Notes: generated from the sequence alone by a model not told the origin. A DNA stretch of 64,000 bases from Roseibacillus sp. (GCA_965242925.1 CBDEUM010000012.1:1-64000); one strand, 5' to 3'. Shown: positions 22,471 to 33,506, counted from the first letter of the stretch. Translations and numbers: made by a program.

Positions 22471-25110
22471 ATGACTGCAATGAGATCGCTGGCGGTGATC
22501 ACAATCCTTTCGCTGGCAGCACCAGCTTTCCAAACAGCCATCGCCAAGGAGAAGACGGCTGCTGATGTGCTATTTGCCCGGAAGGTCCTTCCACTCTTCA
22601 AGGCCAGGTGTATTGCCTGTCATGGTGAGGACCCGGAGAAGAAGTTGAAGGGAGACCTCGATATGCGCACGCGCGCAGGCTTATTGAAGGGCGGGGCGAG
22701 TACGGAGCCCTCCATCGTTCCCGCCAAGCCTCTTCAAAGCCCGTTGTATTTAGCCGTCACTCGCATGCATGAGGATGACTGGGAGGCGATGCCGCCCAAG
22801 GAGAATGACAGGCTTTCCGCTGAACAGGTTGCTCATATCGGGGACTGGATCGCAGGCGGTGCGCCGTGGCCGGATGAAAAACGTCTGGCTGCTATTCTCA
22901 GGGAATCCAACCCATGGGGTGAATCTGAAGGCGTTGCTGTTGGAACCAGTGGCGGACTTGACTCGTCCTGGACCAATCGCAAATACGATTTGGAAAAGCT
23001 CTGGGCCTACCAACCAGTGAAGAAGCCGGCCCTCTCCACCCAGGCTCACCCGGTCGACACCCTCATCAAGGCTCGTTCGCCCGGGAACCTGGCGCTTGCT
23101 CCACGCGCTGACCCGGTGACCTTGATTCGCCGGGTGACTTATAATCTTACCGGCTTGCCCCCGCCACCTCATGAAACCTCTGTTTTTGTTGAAGCATGGA
23201 AAAAGGATGCCGATACGGCATGGTCACAATTAATTGACCGGCTTCTGGATTCCCCGCATTACGGCGAGCAAATGGCCAGGCATTGGCTGGATGTGGTGCG
23301 CTATGCCGATTCAGCAGGTTTCTCAAATGATTACCCGCGCCCGCATGCCTGGCGTTATCGCGACTATGTGGTGCGTTCGTTTAACGCTGACAAGCCCTAC
23401 GATCGGTTCGTACGCGAGCAAATTGCCGGTGATGAGCTCGGATCCGGAGACCCCGAGCACCTCATCGCCACGGGGTTCCTGCGCATGGGGCCATGGGAAC
23501 ACACGGCCATGAGCGTCAAGGCGGTCACCCGCCAGCAGTATCTCGACGACGTGGTCAACTCGGTGGGAGTAACTTTCCTTGCCAATGAACTGCGCTGTGC
23601 CAAGTGCCACGACCACAAGTTTGACCCTATTCCTGCCAGGGATTATTACCGGATGCAGGCCATCTTTGCCCCGGTTTCATTTGCTGAGCGCAAACTGCCG
23701 TGGCAGTCCTACGAGAACAAGAGGGGTATCCAGGAGGATCATGCGCGTTACCAGCGATTGGCGAAGGGCAAGGGCATTCGCAGCATCACCACGCTCCCCG
23801 AGGCTGCCCGTCCGGTGGAGCAGTTTGACAAGGAATCGGAAAAAATTGGTCACGGTAAGGTCAATAACAAGCGACGCCAGCAGCTTAAGTATCAGCTCAA
23901 GCGCGGCAACCCGGTGGTGTTCTCGGTAATGAACGGGGCTCCTGATCCCATTCATATCCTCAAGGGCGGGTCTATTGAAGACCCGGGGGCGAAGGTCGGA
24001 CCCGGATTTCTCAGTTTGTTTGCCGGTTCCGGGGAAGCATCTTCAGTCACCAATGAAAAGACAGGTCGACGCAGGGAACTGGCACAATGGATCACCAGCA
24101 AAGACAACCCGCTCACCGCACGCGTGATCGTCAATCGCGTCTGGCAATGGCACTTCGGACAGGCCATTGCAGGCAACCCCAATAACTTTGGTGGCACCGG
24201 CAGGGTGCCCTCTCATCCACAACTCCTCGACTGGCTGGCGGCAACCTTTGTCGAGGAAGGGTGGTCCCTGAAGAAACTCCACCGGCGCATATTAACTTCA
24301 GCGGCCTATCAGCGCTCTGTGCAGCATCCCGATCCCGTGACTCTCGCGAGACTTGATCCCAATGGCGTGAGTTACGCCGCCTTTAAGCCGCGCCGGCTCA
24401 GCGCCGAGGAATTGCGCGATTCCATGCTGGCGGTTTCCGGTGAACTCAACCGCACCCTGGGAGGAATTCCCTGCCATCCTGAGATCAATGAGGAGGTCGC
24501 CATGCAGCCACGCCACATAATGGGTTCGGTGGGGCCAGCCTATCAGGCTGACCTCCGACCCGCACAGCGCAACCGTCGCACGCTTTACGCCGAACGGATC
24601 CGCACCCTGGCCGACCCGATGCTGGAGGTTTTCAATAAACCGGGACCAGATCTGTCCTGCGAGCGCCGGGAGAATGCCACCATTGCGCCGCAGGCCTTTA
24701 CCATGCTCAACAGCCCCATCATCCGGGCACGGGCGCTGGCCTTTGCCGTCCGGCTTGAAAAAGAGAGGCCTGATAATATCAGCCAGCAGGTTCGGAGCGC
24801 CTTCCTCCTCGTATTCCAGCGGCTACCAACCGGGGAGGAAATAAAAACTTGTGCAGGGTATTTGACGAAGTTTACCGGGCAACACGAGTCCAACCCTCAG
24901 AAAAAGACGGAGGTGCCGGAATACGTGTTACGGCAGATGGTGGAAGAAATGACCGGGTTGGCTTTCTGGTGGGTGGAGGACCTCGATGTCTACGCCAGCA
25001 AAGACTACGTTCCTGACCTGAAACCCTGGGACGTGGAACCCTCAACCCGAGCGCTGGCCGACCTCTGCCTGGTTCTTTTCAACAGCAACGAGTTTGTGTA
25101 CATTTATTAG
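22471..25110 (+). CDS. Planctomycete cytochrome c + DUF1549 + DUF1553 (PSD1) protein
   Basis: CIACH, LIRRVTYNLTGLPP, WLDVVRYADS, CAKCHDHKFDP, NPLTARVIVNRVWQWHFG, LFNSNEF. Confidence 0.93.
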   Translation: MTAMRSLAVITILSLAAPAFQTAIAKEKTAADVLFARKVLPLFKARCIACHGEDPEKKLKGDLDMRTRAGLLKGGASTEPSIVPAKPLQSPLYLAVTRMHEDDWEAMPPKENDRLSAEQVAHIGDWIAGGAPWPDEKRLAAILRESNPWGESEGVAVGTSGGLDSSWTNRKYDLEKLWAYQPVKKPALSTQAHPVDTLIKARSPGNLALAPRADPVTLIRRVTYNLTGLPPPPHETSVFVEAWKKDADTAWSQLIDRLLDSPHYGEQMARHWLDVVRYADSAGFSNDYPRPHAWRYRDYVVRSFNADKPYDRFVREQIAGDELGSGDPEHLIATGFLRMGPWEHTAMSVKAVTRQQYLDDVVNSVGVTFLANELRCAKCHDHKFDPIPARDYYRMQAIFAPVSFAERKLPWQSYENKRGIQEDHARYQRLAKGKGIRSITTLPEAARPVEQFDKESEKIGHGKVNNKRRQQLKYQLKRGNPVVFSVMNGAPDPIHILKGGSIEDPGAKVGPGFLSLFAGSGEASSVTNEKTGRRRELAQWITSKDNPLTARVIVNRVWQWHFGQAIAGNPNNFGGTGRVPSHPQLLDWLAATFVEEGWSLKKLHRRILTSAAYQRSVQHPDPVTLARLDPNGVSYAAFKPRRLSAEELRDSMLAVSGELNRTLGGIPCHPEINEEVAMQPRHIMGSVGPAYQADLRPAQRNRRTLYAERIRTLADPMLEVFNKPGPDLSCERRENATIAPQAFTMLNSPIIRARALAFAVRLEKERPDNISQQVRSAFLLVFQRLPTGEEIKTCAGYLTKFTGQHESNPQKKTEVPEYVLRQMVEEMTGLAFWWVEDLDVYASKDYVPDLKPWDVEPSTRALADLCLVLFNSNEFVYIY

Positions 25111-25265
25111 GGAAACAGAATGCATTATCACAGCTTTGTTTTGCTCGTGTGTGCCGCTGATGGCTGCGAACAGGGAGCCCTCGACAGAAATCACCAGGCG
25201 GAACTTACAGAGTCAGAAATTCGTATGACTAACAAGAAGCCCACAGGCGAATTCCCAAGCACCCG

Positions 25266-26651
25266 ATGAACCGCCGCGAATTCTTATACGGAGTCAATGG
25301 AGGACTGGGCGCCCTGGCCTTTCATTCCATGCTGCAGGCTGAGGAGGCCATGAATCCTCTGGCTCTGAAGGTGGCGCATTTTCCAGAGGCCAAAGCCAAG
25401 CGCTGCATCTTCCTCTACATGGCCGGCGGACCCAGCCACATCGATACCTTTGATCCAAAGCCCAAGCTCAGGGAGCTCCACCTGAAGAAATTCAAGCGGG
25501 AGAGCAAGTTCCTCTCCGCGATGGGTTCCGGGGAGCGCTATTACGTGCAGAGCCCCTTTGATTTCATAAGGGCTGGCCAGGGCGGCATTGAGATGTGTGA
25601 GCACTGGCAGCACCTCGCCGGAGTCGCTGATGAACTCTGTATCTATCGAGGCTGTAAAGCCGAGTCCATCAATCATCCCACCGCCAACTACCATATGAAT
25701 ACCGGCAATCGCTTCGGCGGGGACCCGGCCATCGGGTCGTGGGTGACTTACGGACTGGGCACGGAGAACAAGGACCTGCCCGGTTACGTGGTCCTGCCCG
25801 AGGTGGCCTACCCGCAGGGAGGAGCAGCGAACTGGTCAAATGGATTCCTGCCCCCGCACTTTCAGGGAACAACGTTCAGAGCGAAGGGATCGCCGATCCT
25901 CGACCTGCACCCGCCCGGGGGAGTCACCCGCGAGGCGCAGCGCAGTAACCTTGACCTGCTGGCCGACCTTAATTCCCTGCACGCAACGCGTTACCCGGGA
26001 CATGAAGAATTGGCCGCGCGCATGGAAAGCTACGAACTGGCCTACCGCATGCAGATGGAGGTGCCCGGCATCCTTGCCCTCGATAAGGAAAAGCAGTCCA
26101 CGCGCGAAGCCTATGGCCTGGATGATCAACGGACCACGGAGTTCGGGCGCAGGTTGCTGCTGGCCCGACGACTCATTGAGCGCGGAGTGCGCTTCGTGCA
26201 GGTCTACACCGCCGGTTGGGATTCACATGACTACATCAAGCGTTCCCATGCCGAGCGAATCCGCTCAGTCGACAAGCCCATCGCCTCCCTGATCAGGGAT
26301 CTCAGGGAACGGGGACTACTGGATGAGACCCTGGTCGTCTGGTGCGGTGAGTTTGGCCGGACCCCCGATAACGGCAAGCGCGGTGGCGGGGAGCGCCTCG
26401 GGCGTGATCACAACAAGAATGCCATGGCGATCTGGATGGCCGGGGGCGGAGTCAACGCCGGGCACGTGGTTGGCGCGACGGATGAGATTGGCGAGCATGC
26501 CTCCGAGGTGGTCCACCCGATCCGTGACCTGCACGTCACAATGCTGCGGCTGATGGGACTTGATGACAACAAACTCACCTACTTCCATGGCGGCCGCTTC
26601 AAACAGCTCTCCCAGACCGGAGGCCAGCCAATTGCCGAACTGATGGGGTGA
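25266..26651 (+). CDS. DUF1501 domain protein (Tat-like leader)
   Basis: NRREFL, GGPSHIDTFDPKP, GVRFVQV, WDSH, GEFGRTP, GRDH. Confidence 0.93.
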   Translation: MNRREFLYGVNGGLGALAFHSMLQAEEAMNPLALKVAHFPEAKAKRCIFLYMAGGPSHIDTFDPKPKLRELHLKKFKRESKFLSAMGSGERYYVQSPFDFIRAGQGGIEMCEHWQHLAGVADELCIYRGCKAESINHPTANYHMNTGNRFGGDPAIGSWVTYGLGTENKDLPGYVVLPEVAYPQGGAANWSNGFLPPHFQGTTFRAKGSPILDLHPPGGVTREAQRSNLDLLADLNSLHATRYPGHEELAARMESYELAYRMQMEVPGILALDKEKQSTREAYGLDDQRTTEFGRRLLLARRLIERGVRFVQVYTAGWDSHDYIKRSHAERIRSVDKPIASLIRDLRERGLLDETLVVWCGEFGRTPDNGKRGGGERLGRDHNKNAMAIWMAGGGVNAGHVVGATDEIGEHASEVVHPIRDLHVTMLRLMGLDDNKLTYFHGGRFKQLSQTGGQPIAELMG

Positions 26652-26744
26652 GCCTCACTCGCCTCGAACTACCCGCTCATTCCCTTCCTTTTCGAGTCCT
26701 TCAGAAAGCCTCTCCTGCAAAAGAAACCCGGGTCAAAAGGTGAG

Positions 26745-27617
26745 TCAACGAGTCCGCCGACGCATCAGAAACGGAAGGATCGCGAGCCCCAGGAGCAACG
26801 TCCCCGATGGCTCAGGGATGGCGGCGATATAGGACTCCACCAGCAGGCGGTCCGCGTCGCTCAGGGCGGAGTTGAAAATGATCATCTGGCTCATGTCGCC
26901 GACCAAATCGTAGCCACTCGCGCTATATGACCCCATGATGATGCCCGCATTGGCATCGACGCTGTTGGTCGGGTTTCCTCCAATATTGAGATTCGTCCCG
27001 TTGGCATAGGCGGTGTGGCTGTTGGCGGTGATGACGGTACTCCAGATGGTATCGATGCTATCGTAGACTTGGATGTCATCACCCGCATAGGTCGTGCCGT
27101 TATACATCTCCACGCGAAAACCGCCGCCACCATCGTCACGCTGATGCGATATATCGTTAGACCCGATGTTGTAGGCGTAGTTTCCAGAAGTGGCGAAGGG
27201 AGCATCTGCCTCATAGTGCCCGAGCCAGAAGACGGTGAAATCTGTCGATTGGGCGTTGGAGAGCGTGCCAGCGAGATAGCGCCCACCTGAACCGGGGTCG
27301 GTAAACGTGAGTCGGCTACTGCCGTCATAGGAGATGTGGCTGTCGGCGGCGGTGCCGTGTCCGGTGTTAGTAACCGCCATGCCAGATAATCCGTTGCCGT
27401 TGCCATCAACCGGAGTCCAGGAGTTCACCGTGCTGCTTGTGACGTTGCTTGTCGCAACACCGGTCCGGCCGTCGTAGTGCGCCACCAACGAAGCCTGGGC
27501 TGCCGCTGATAATCCCGGGACGTCCGTAAACAAGGACGCCGAAAAGGTGCACGGAGCAGCGCCGAATAGCCCGGCGAGGATGAACGCTCCAATACCGCGT
27601 GGCCTGTAGTGGGTCAT
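26745..27617 (-). CDS. PEP-CTERM protein with LamG/ConA-like domain
   Basis: C-terminal IPEPSGTLLLGLAILPFLMRRRTR; 'GDMSQMIIFNSALSDADRLLVESY'. Confidence 0.88.
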   Translation of the reverse strand: MTHYRPRGIGAFILAGLFGAAPCTFSASLFTDVPGLSAAAQASLVAHYDGRTGVATSNVTSSTVNSWTPVDGNGNGLSGMAVTNTGHGTAADSHISYDGSSRLTFTDPGSGGRYLAGTLSNAQSTDFTVFWLGHYEADAPFATSGNYAYNIGSNDISHQRDDGGGGFRVEMYNGTTYAGDDIQVYDSIDTIWSTVITANSHTAYANGTNLNIGGNPTNSVDANAGIIMGSYSASGYDLVGDMSQMIIFNSALSDADRLLVESYIAAIPEPSGTLLLGLAILPFLMRRRTR

Positions 27618-27773
27618 GCCGCCATATCCTCACAAAATTTAGCGGCGCGCAAGCGGATACTCCCACAATCAGGCTCGCCGGGGTTGGCTTCTCCCCGTGC
27701 CGACGAACTGCCTAGCAGAGCTACGCTCTTCTTAGAGAAGGACGACTTTAAAGGACCGCGAACCGATCAGGGC

Positions 27774-29447
27774 TCAGAGGCCCGGCGGGTGGCGGTAGAA
27801 GTAGGCACTGGAAGCGTCCTCGTAGAGCGGTCGGACGGGCAGGAATCGGTTGATCAGCTCCAGTTTATCCTCCTCCGAGAGAGGGATGGCCGTTTTAAGG
27901 GCGATGTCCATACGTACCCCATTGTCACGGTTCGAGGAGCCGTCCCCAGGTGGTTGCGGAGAGGCGATGGCATCAAGGCTGGGGCCTCCAAGGCCGAGGT
28001 AGGCAGCCCCGCTCGAAGTATTACGGTAGAGCACGAAGAACATCCGACTGCTGGATATCTCATCGTAATCTCCCGTATAAGCTTCAGTGGTGTCGGTCTG
28101 GCCCGGAGATGCGGGTGCCGCGAGGTTGATGTAGGTTTTCTGCGAAGAGAGTGGTTCCAGCGTCAGGAAGCTATAGGTGGGGGATGCATATGTCGTCCAT
28201 CCGCTGGCGACCGCGATCGCTTTCATCGCCGCGGCCTCTTCGTTACGATCCATCAGAAACTCGAGGAGCCCGGATCCATGGTTTGCGGAATTGAGGCCGC
28301 ACCACCATAAATTATTGGAGCCGCCGTAAAAATCGAGGCCGTGGGCCTGCTCACCGAGGAAAAACAGCTCACCGGTATCGACGTGGTATTCAATCTCGCG
28401 GTAAGTGTCGGATTCAAAGCGCGTGCGCAGCACCACCCCTCGCGGGATCTCGGTAAACCTGGTCACCAGACGGAAGAATTCCCGCTCCTTGTCGATCTCC
28501 CACGACAGGGGTGAGGTTGCTTCCGCCTCGATGAACCATTCGACGAGATCACTCGAGGATAGCAGGTGGGCATCGGCGTTCCACGTCAGTTCGGCGAGGC
28601 CATCATGAATCGTAAGCTCGAGGGACTGCAAGGGAGTCGGCTCGGGCTGCGGGGGCAACCCGGCGAGGTTGCCAAGATAAGATTCGACGAGCCCTCGGTC
28701 GTCGTCGCTGAGGGCCGATTCGAAGATGATCATCTGCCGGATCTCGCCCACAAGGTCATAGCCGCCCGAGCTGAACGCCCCGATGACGATGGCTGCGTTT
28801 GCAGCAACGCTGTTGGTCGGGCTCCCACCAACATTGAGATTCATCCCGTTGGCATAGGCAGCGTGCGTAGTGGCTGTGATCACGGTGCTCCAGACAGTGT
28901 CGATGCCATCATAGGCCGTGACATCATCACCCGTATAGGTCGTGCCGTTATACATCTCCACGCGAAAACCGCCGTCGCCATCGTCACGCTGATGCGATAT
29001 GTTATTAAGCCCGACGTTGTAGGCGTAGGTGCCGGAAGTGGCAAACGGCGCGCCATCCTGATAATGGCCGAGCCAGAAGATGGTGAAGTCGCTGGTGCCG
29101 GCATTGGCCAGGTTTCCCGCGAGATAACGACCGTCGGAATTCGTACTGACATCGTCGAAAATCAAGCTGTCGCTGCCGTCGTAGGTAATGAGGTCAGCTG
29201 CACCACTCCCGCGCTGCATGGACGAGGCGACCATGCCAGGGAGCACCACGCCATCACCGTCCACCGGGGTCCACGATTCGACGACGCTGCCGGTAGTCGC
29301 GACCCCGGCGCGACCATCATAGTGGGCGACCAGAGCCGCCCGGGCTGAGGCCGAGAGCCCTGGCACATCGTCGAACAGGCTCGCAGATGTATCAGAGAGC
29401 CCTATTGAGGAGATGGCGATGGTCGCCGATAAGAATCTGATTTTCAT
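27774..29447 (-). CDS. Secreted protein, paralog of the adjacent PEP-CTERM protein with a different C-terminal half
   Basis: N-terminal ~240 aa closely match 26745-27617 (shared ISHQRDDG.GGFRVEMYNGTTY); then S.DL..W/FFR domain and an unknown domain. Confidence 0.8.
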   Translation of the reverse strand: MKIRFLSATIAISSIGLSDTSASLFDDVPGLSASARAALVAHYDGRAGVATTGSVVESWTPVDGDGVVLPGMVASSMQRGSGAADLITYDGSDSLIFDDVSTNSDGRYLAGNLANAGTSDFTIFWLGHYQDGAPFATSGTYAYNVGLNNISHQRDDGDGGFRVEMYNGTTYTGDDVTAYDGIDTVWSTVITATTHAAYANGMNLNVGGSPTNSVAANAAIVIGAFSSGGYDLVGEIRQMIIFESALSDDDRGLVESYLGNLAGLPPQPEPTPLQSLELTIHDGLAELTWNADAHLLSSSDLVEWFIEAEATSPLSWEIDKEREFFRLVTRFTEIPRGVVLRTRFESDTYREIEYHVDTGELFFLGEQAHGLDFYGGSNNLWWCGLNSANHGSGLLEFLMDRNEEAAAMKAIAVASGWTTYASPTYSFLTLEPLSSQKTYINLAAPASPGQTDTTEAYTGDYDEISSSRMFFVLYRNTSSGAAYLGLGGPSLDAIASPQPPGDGSSNRDNGVRMDIALKTAIPLSEEDKLELINRFLPVRPLYEDASSAYFYRHPPGL

Positions 29448-29928
29448 CGTTGTGGCCCAGATTGGATTGGAGCTTTGCGGCAGAGTCGCAGACCCGCCCT
29501 ATTTCAGGAAAACCTGCCTAAATTTTGACCGAAACCCCAGTTATTTTGGGAGCATTTTCCTCCTTTGCCCCATTTGCTCATGAATTTGCACCTCTTCCTC
29601 AGTTTCCAGGCTCCCAGAAAACCCGGCCCGGGAAAGGTGGGAGTGCAAGGACCCTTGGTTTAGTGTTATCACTCATGGCGTCCTAAGACTACGTGGAAGC
29701 ACGGTTACCTTCCAATTGGATATAGTTGAAGCAGGTGCATGTCAGCACGGCCTGTCAGGGCGATATATCGCAACCCTTCACATGGCAGTTACTTCCATGT
29801 CTTATCAATGGGAAGCAAGGAAACTGACCTCACAGTGACCTATTGATGCTTTCTTTCTCACTAAACTCATGGGCTTCTACCACACTTTCTACTTTGCTCA
29901 TTGGACAAGGAGAAATAAGGTAAAGTTG

Positions 29929-32208
29929 ATGAGGCCAATACACATGGTGTTGCTGGCTTTTTGCCTGCAATGTCCCTTGCTGGGGGCGGACAATCCTGAA
30001 CTCTCGCCGGATGGTTATTTCGTGGATGAAGTATGGTCCAAGGTGGGTGAGTTGTCCTGCCTGATATGTCACAACAACGCGGGTGAGGCGGAGGACAGCC
30101 GGTTTATCCTCAGGGAAACGATTCTCCTGGACGGGGCTCAACTGCAAACTGCACACGAGGCCAACTTCAAGGCCTTTGCCAAAATGGCCCGGATGCGCAA
30201 AGGGGGACAATTGCCGCGGTTGCTCCTGAAGCCGATTGGCAAACTGGCCCATGAGGGTGATCAGGTCCTGGAACCCGACTCCACGGGCCATCTCATCCTC
30301 AAGGCATTCGTCCAGCGCATGGAAGGAAAATCCTCTCCAGTAGCTCCTGCCGGAAAATACCAACCGGGATCATTCTTTGAGGGAGTGACCATGATCAGTG
30401 ACCAAAGCCTTCTGCGCCGGCTCACGCTTTCACTGGCCAGTCGTCTGCCCACCACAGGGGAAAGGCAGGTTATCAGGGAGAAGGGCCTGACCGGACTGGA
30501 CGTGATCCTCGACCAGCTAATGAGCGAGGATGCCTTTTACGAACGCCTCAAGGAAGGCTTCAACGATATCTTCCTGACGGATGGTTACGAGGGCAATGGG
30601 GAGTTGATCCTTTCCTACGATCATTTTAACGAGACACGTCACTGGTACCAGAAGCATGATTTCAGCCACATCGAGGGCAAAAGGCAGCGGCAGGAAGCCC
30701 TTTGGGACATGGCGCGCGTTTACCGCGAGTCGATCCGCGCCGAACCTCTCGAGTTGATTGCCCACGTGGTGCGCAACAACAGGCCGTTCACCGAGATTAT
30801 GACCGCCGACTACATGATGGTCTCGCCCTACTCGGCCAGGGGATACGGCATTTATCAACAGGTGAAGGAACAGTTCAAGGATCCTGACAATCCTTTTGAA
30901 TATGTGCCGGCCAGGTTGCCCGCCCTGAAGAACAGGCAAGGCAAGGTGCAGGAATCAAGGACCGGGGCCTTTCCCCATGCCGGTCTCTTTAGCATGTTTC
31001 ACTACCTGCGCCGCTACCCGACAACGGAAACCAACCGCAACCGGCTCAGGGCCCGTATGTATTACCAGCACTTCCTCGGCATCGACATCATGGAACTGGC
31101 GGATCAAGTCGCCGATGCTGCCGCCATCGATGTCAGATACGAGACCCCGTGGATGGAAGCGGCGGATTGTGTGGTTTGCCACCGAACCATCGACCCGGTG
31201 GCAGGCTTGTTTCAGGATTTCTACAACGAGGAGGGACACTTCAGTCCCCGTAAAGAGGGCTGGTTCAAGGATATGTTTGTTCCCGGGCTGGAAGGCGAGG
31301 ATCTGCCCAGGGAGGAAAAATGGCGCTCCCTGCAGTGGCTCGCTTCCCATACTGCCAGGGATCCGCGCTTTGCCATCGCGATGACGGAACACGTCTGGTA
31401 TATCCTCAGTGGCCGCATGGCCCTGCGGCCGCCGCAGGACATCGAGGATCCTCTCTTTACTCCCCGTCGACGCGCCTACTCCATGCAGCGAGGCGAAATT
31501 TCCGGGGTGGCCAAGCGCTTTGCCCGTGAAGGCTTCAACCTGAAACTGGTCTTTAAGGAGCTTGCCAAGTCACCCTTTTACCGGGCCGACGGACTTAAGG
31601 CAGTGGTTGAGCATCCCCATCGCAAGGCGGAACTCCACGACCTCGGCGTGACCCGCCTGTTGGCTCCCGAGCAACTGGAAAGGAAAATTGAAGCCCTTTT
31701 CGGCAAGCGCTGGGGACAGGTGGAAAGTAAAATGAAGATCCTATACGGCGGCATCAACTCGCAATCGGTCACCGAGCGCCTGTCAGAGCCAAGCGGTGCC
31801 ATGGGGGCCATCCAGCGCATCATGGCCAACGATGTATCCTGCCTGCACGTCACACCGGACTTTGCCCTCGAACCGGCCAAGCGGCGACTGTTCCCGCAAA
31901 TTGAAAAGGATATTGTCCCCGGCGAAAATCCGGCCAATGACCTCAAAATCCGCCAGGCCATTGTGAGTCTGCGTGCGCACCTCCTGGGTCTTCATGAGGC
32001 TATCAATCACCCGGAGGTTGACAGGACATTTCAGCTTTTTTCAGCAGTGGTGGCGGAAGCCGGGAAACGCAAGGGCATTGACACGCGCGACAGCTATCAT
32101 TGTGGACGCATTGCCGGCAAACGAGTCGAGGATCCGCATTATACCTTGCGTGGATGGCGTGCCGTGGTGACCTACCTTTTGCGACACCCTGAGTTTCTCT
32201 ACGAATAA
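29929..32208 (+). CDS. Secreted cytochrome c-like protein related to DUF1588/PSD families
   Basis: Signal peptide, CLICH and CVVCH, LRRLTLSLASRLPT, HAG...RYPTTETNRNR.RAR. Confidence 0.7.
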   Translation: MRPIHMVLLAFCLQCPLLGADNPELSPDGYFVDEVWSKVGELSCLICHNNAGEAEDSRFILRETILLDGAQLQTAHEANFKAFAKMARMRKGGQLPRLLLKPIGKLAHEGDQVLEPDSTGHLILKAFVQRMEGKSSPVAPAGKYQPGSFFEGVTMISDQSLLRRLTLSLASRLPTTGERQVIREKGLTGLDVILDQLMSEDAFYERLKEGFNDIFLTDGYEGNGELILSYDHFNETRHWYQKHDFSHIEGKRQRQEALWDMARVYRESIRAEPLELIAHVVRNNRPFTEIMTADYMMVSPYSARGYGIYQQVKEQFKDPDNPFEYVPARLPALKNRQGKVQESRTGAFPHAGLFSMFHYLRRYPTTETNRNRLRARMYYQHFLGIDIMELADQVADAAAIDVRYETPWMEAADCVVCHRTIDPVAGLFQDFYNEEGHFSPRKEGWFKDMFVPGLEGEDLPREEKWRSLQWLASHTARDPRFAIAMTEHVWYILSGRMALRPPQDIEDPLFTPRRRAYSMQRGEISGVAKRFAREGFNLKLVFKELAKSPFYRADGLKAVVEHPHRKAELHDLGVTRLLAPEQLERKIEALFGKRWGQVESKMKILYGGINSQSVTERLSEPSGAMGAIQRIMANDVSCLHVTPDFALEPAKRRLFPQIEKDIVPGENPANDLKIRQAIVSLRAHLLGLHEAINHPEVDRTFQLFSAVVAEAGKRKGIDTRDSYHCGRIAGKRVEDPHYTLRGWRAVVTYLLRHPEFLYE

Positions 32209-32219
32209 ACGACCCGGCC

Positions 32220-33506
32220 ATGCGACGCGACTTTCTGAAATTCTGTGGCCAGGCGGGACTTGGGTTGACGATGCCCGTAAGTTGGTCCAGCACGCTGCAC
32301 GGTAAGACTGGGGAACCTGACCCTTACGAAGGCCCTTATTACGTCGTGTTCAATGCTTCCGGCGGATGGGACACCACCTGCCTGATGGACCCGAAGGGGG
32401 TCAACGGCATTAATCGCCTCTACAAGGAGGGTGATATCATCACCCACGGAAAGCACAAGTTCGCCCCCACCGCCAATCAGGTCGAGAAAGGCATGAGTAA
32501 TGAGGATTTCTACAAGGCCTACGGCTCGGAGTTGCTGGTTCTCAATGGCCTCGATTATTCCATTAACAACCATGCGCCCTGCCAGCGATACATGGCCACC
32601 GGCAAGCTCGACAGCCTGGCCTATCCTACTTTCGCCGCCCTGGTCGCCGCCTGCAGGGGCCCGGAAACACCCCTTGCGTTCCTGACCTTCGGCAACTACT
32701 CAACCACTGGAAACCTGGTGCCGATGGCAAGGATTCCCTACCTGCCCTCTCTCAGGCTGATTGCCAATGCCGACTCGATTCAAGGCGTTGCCCGCAATCT
32801 CTACCATGATGATTTCGCCCAGGACCTGATCGAGAAAGCCTTGAGCGAACGGACCGGGGCACCTTCCAGGGATCATCCCCGTCTGCCCAGGGCTGAACGG
32901 GCCCAGAGCATGCTCTATGCAGCCCAGAGCAATTCAAAGGCCCTCAAGCGGGTCACTCCTTACATACGCAACAATATTCCCAAGCAGCGATTGGCCCAAC
33001 AAGCGGAGATCGCGTTGTCCTGCTTTAAGGGCGGGGTCTGCGTGTCGGCCAACCTGTCCATTGGCCAGTTTGACAGCCACGCCAATAATGATCCGGACCA
33101 GATGAGACTGATACCCGAGTTCCTCGCCGGTATCGATTACTTGATGAAGCGTGCCGAGGAATTGAAAATCCGCGACAAGCTGGTCGTGATCATACAAAGT
33201 GAAATGGGTCGCACGCCCCATTACAACAAAGGCCAGGGCAAGGATCACTGGTCCATCGGTTCGATCATGTTCATGGGAGAAGGCATCCGTGGAAACCGTG
33301 TCATAGGAGCCACCGACGAACGGCAGTTCCTTCTTCCCATCAACAACAAGACGCTGACTATCGACAAGGAAGAAGGCATTCGCACCCGCCCCGAGCACAT
33401 TCACCGCGCACTGCGTGAACTGGCGGGAATTGAGGATCACGCCTTCAGCAGGAAGTTTCCGTTAAAGATTCCCGAAGGCGAGAGACTCCAAGGCCTCTTT
33501 GCATAG
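32220..33506 (+). CDS. DUF1501 domain protein (Tat-like leader)
   Basis: MRRDFLK, GGWD, FDSH, SEMGRTP, GKDHW, VIGATD. Confidence 0.85.
   Translation: MRRDFLKFCGQAGLGLTMPVSWSSTLHGKTGEPDPYEGPYYVVFNASGGWDTTCLMDPKGVNGINRLYKEGDIITHGKHKFAPTANQVEKGMSNEDFYKAYGSELLVLNGLDYSINNHAPCQRYMATGKLDSLAYPTFAALVAACRGPETPLAFLTFGNYSTTGNLVPMARIPYLPSLRLIANADSIQGVARNLYHDDFAQDLIEKALSERTGAPSRDHPRLPRAERAQSMLYAAQSNSKALKRVTPYIRNNIPKQRLAQQAEIALSCFKGGVCVSANLSIGQFDSHANNDPDQMRLIPEFLAGIDYLMKRAEELKIRDKLVVIIQSEMGRTPHYNKGQGKDHWSIGSIMFMGEGIRGNRVIGATDERQFLLPINNKTLTIDKEEGIRTRPEHIHRALRELAGIEDHAFSRKFPLKIPEGERLQGLFA

Noticed and set aside
25120..25268. 49-codon ORF between the DUF1553 and DUF1501 genes
   Set aside because: No motif; it may be a remnant and cannot be supported.
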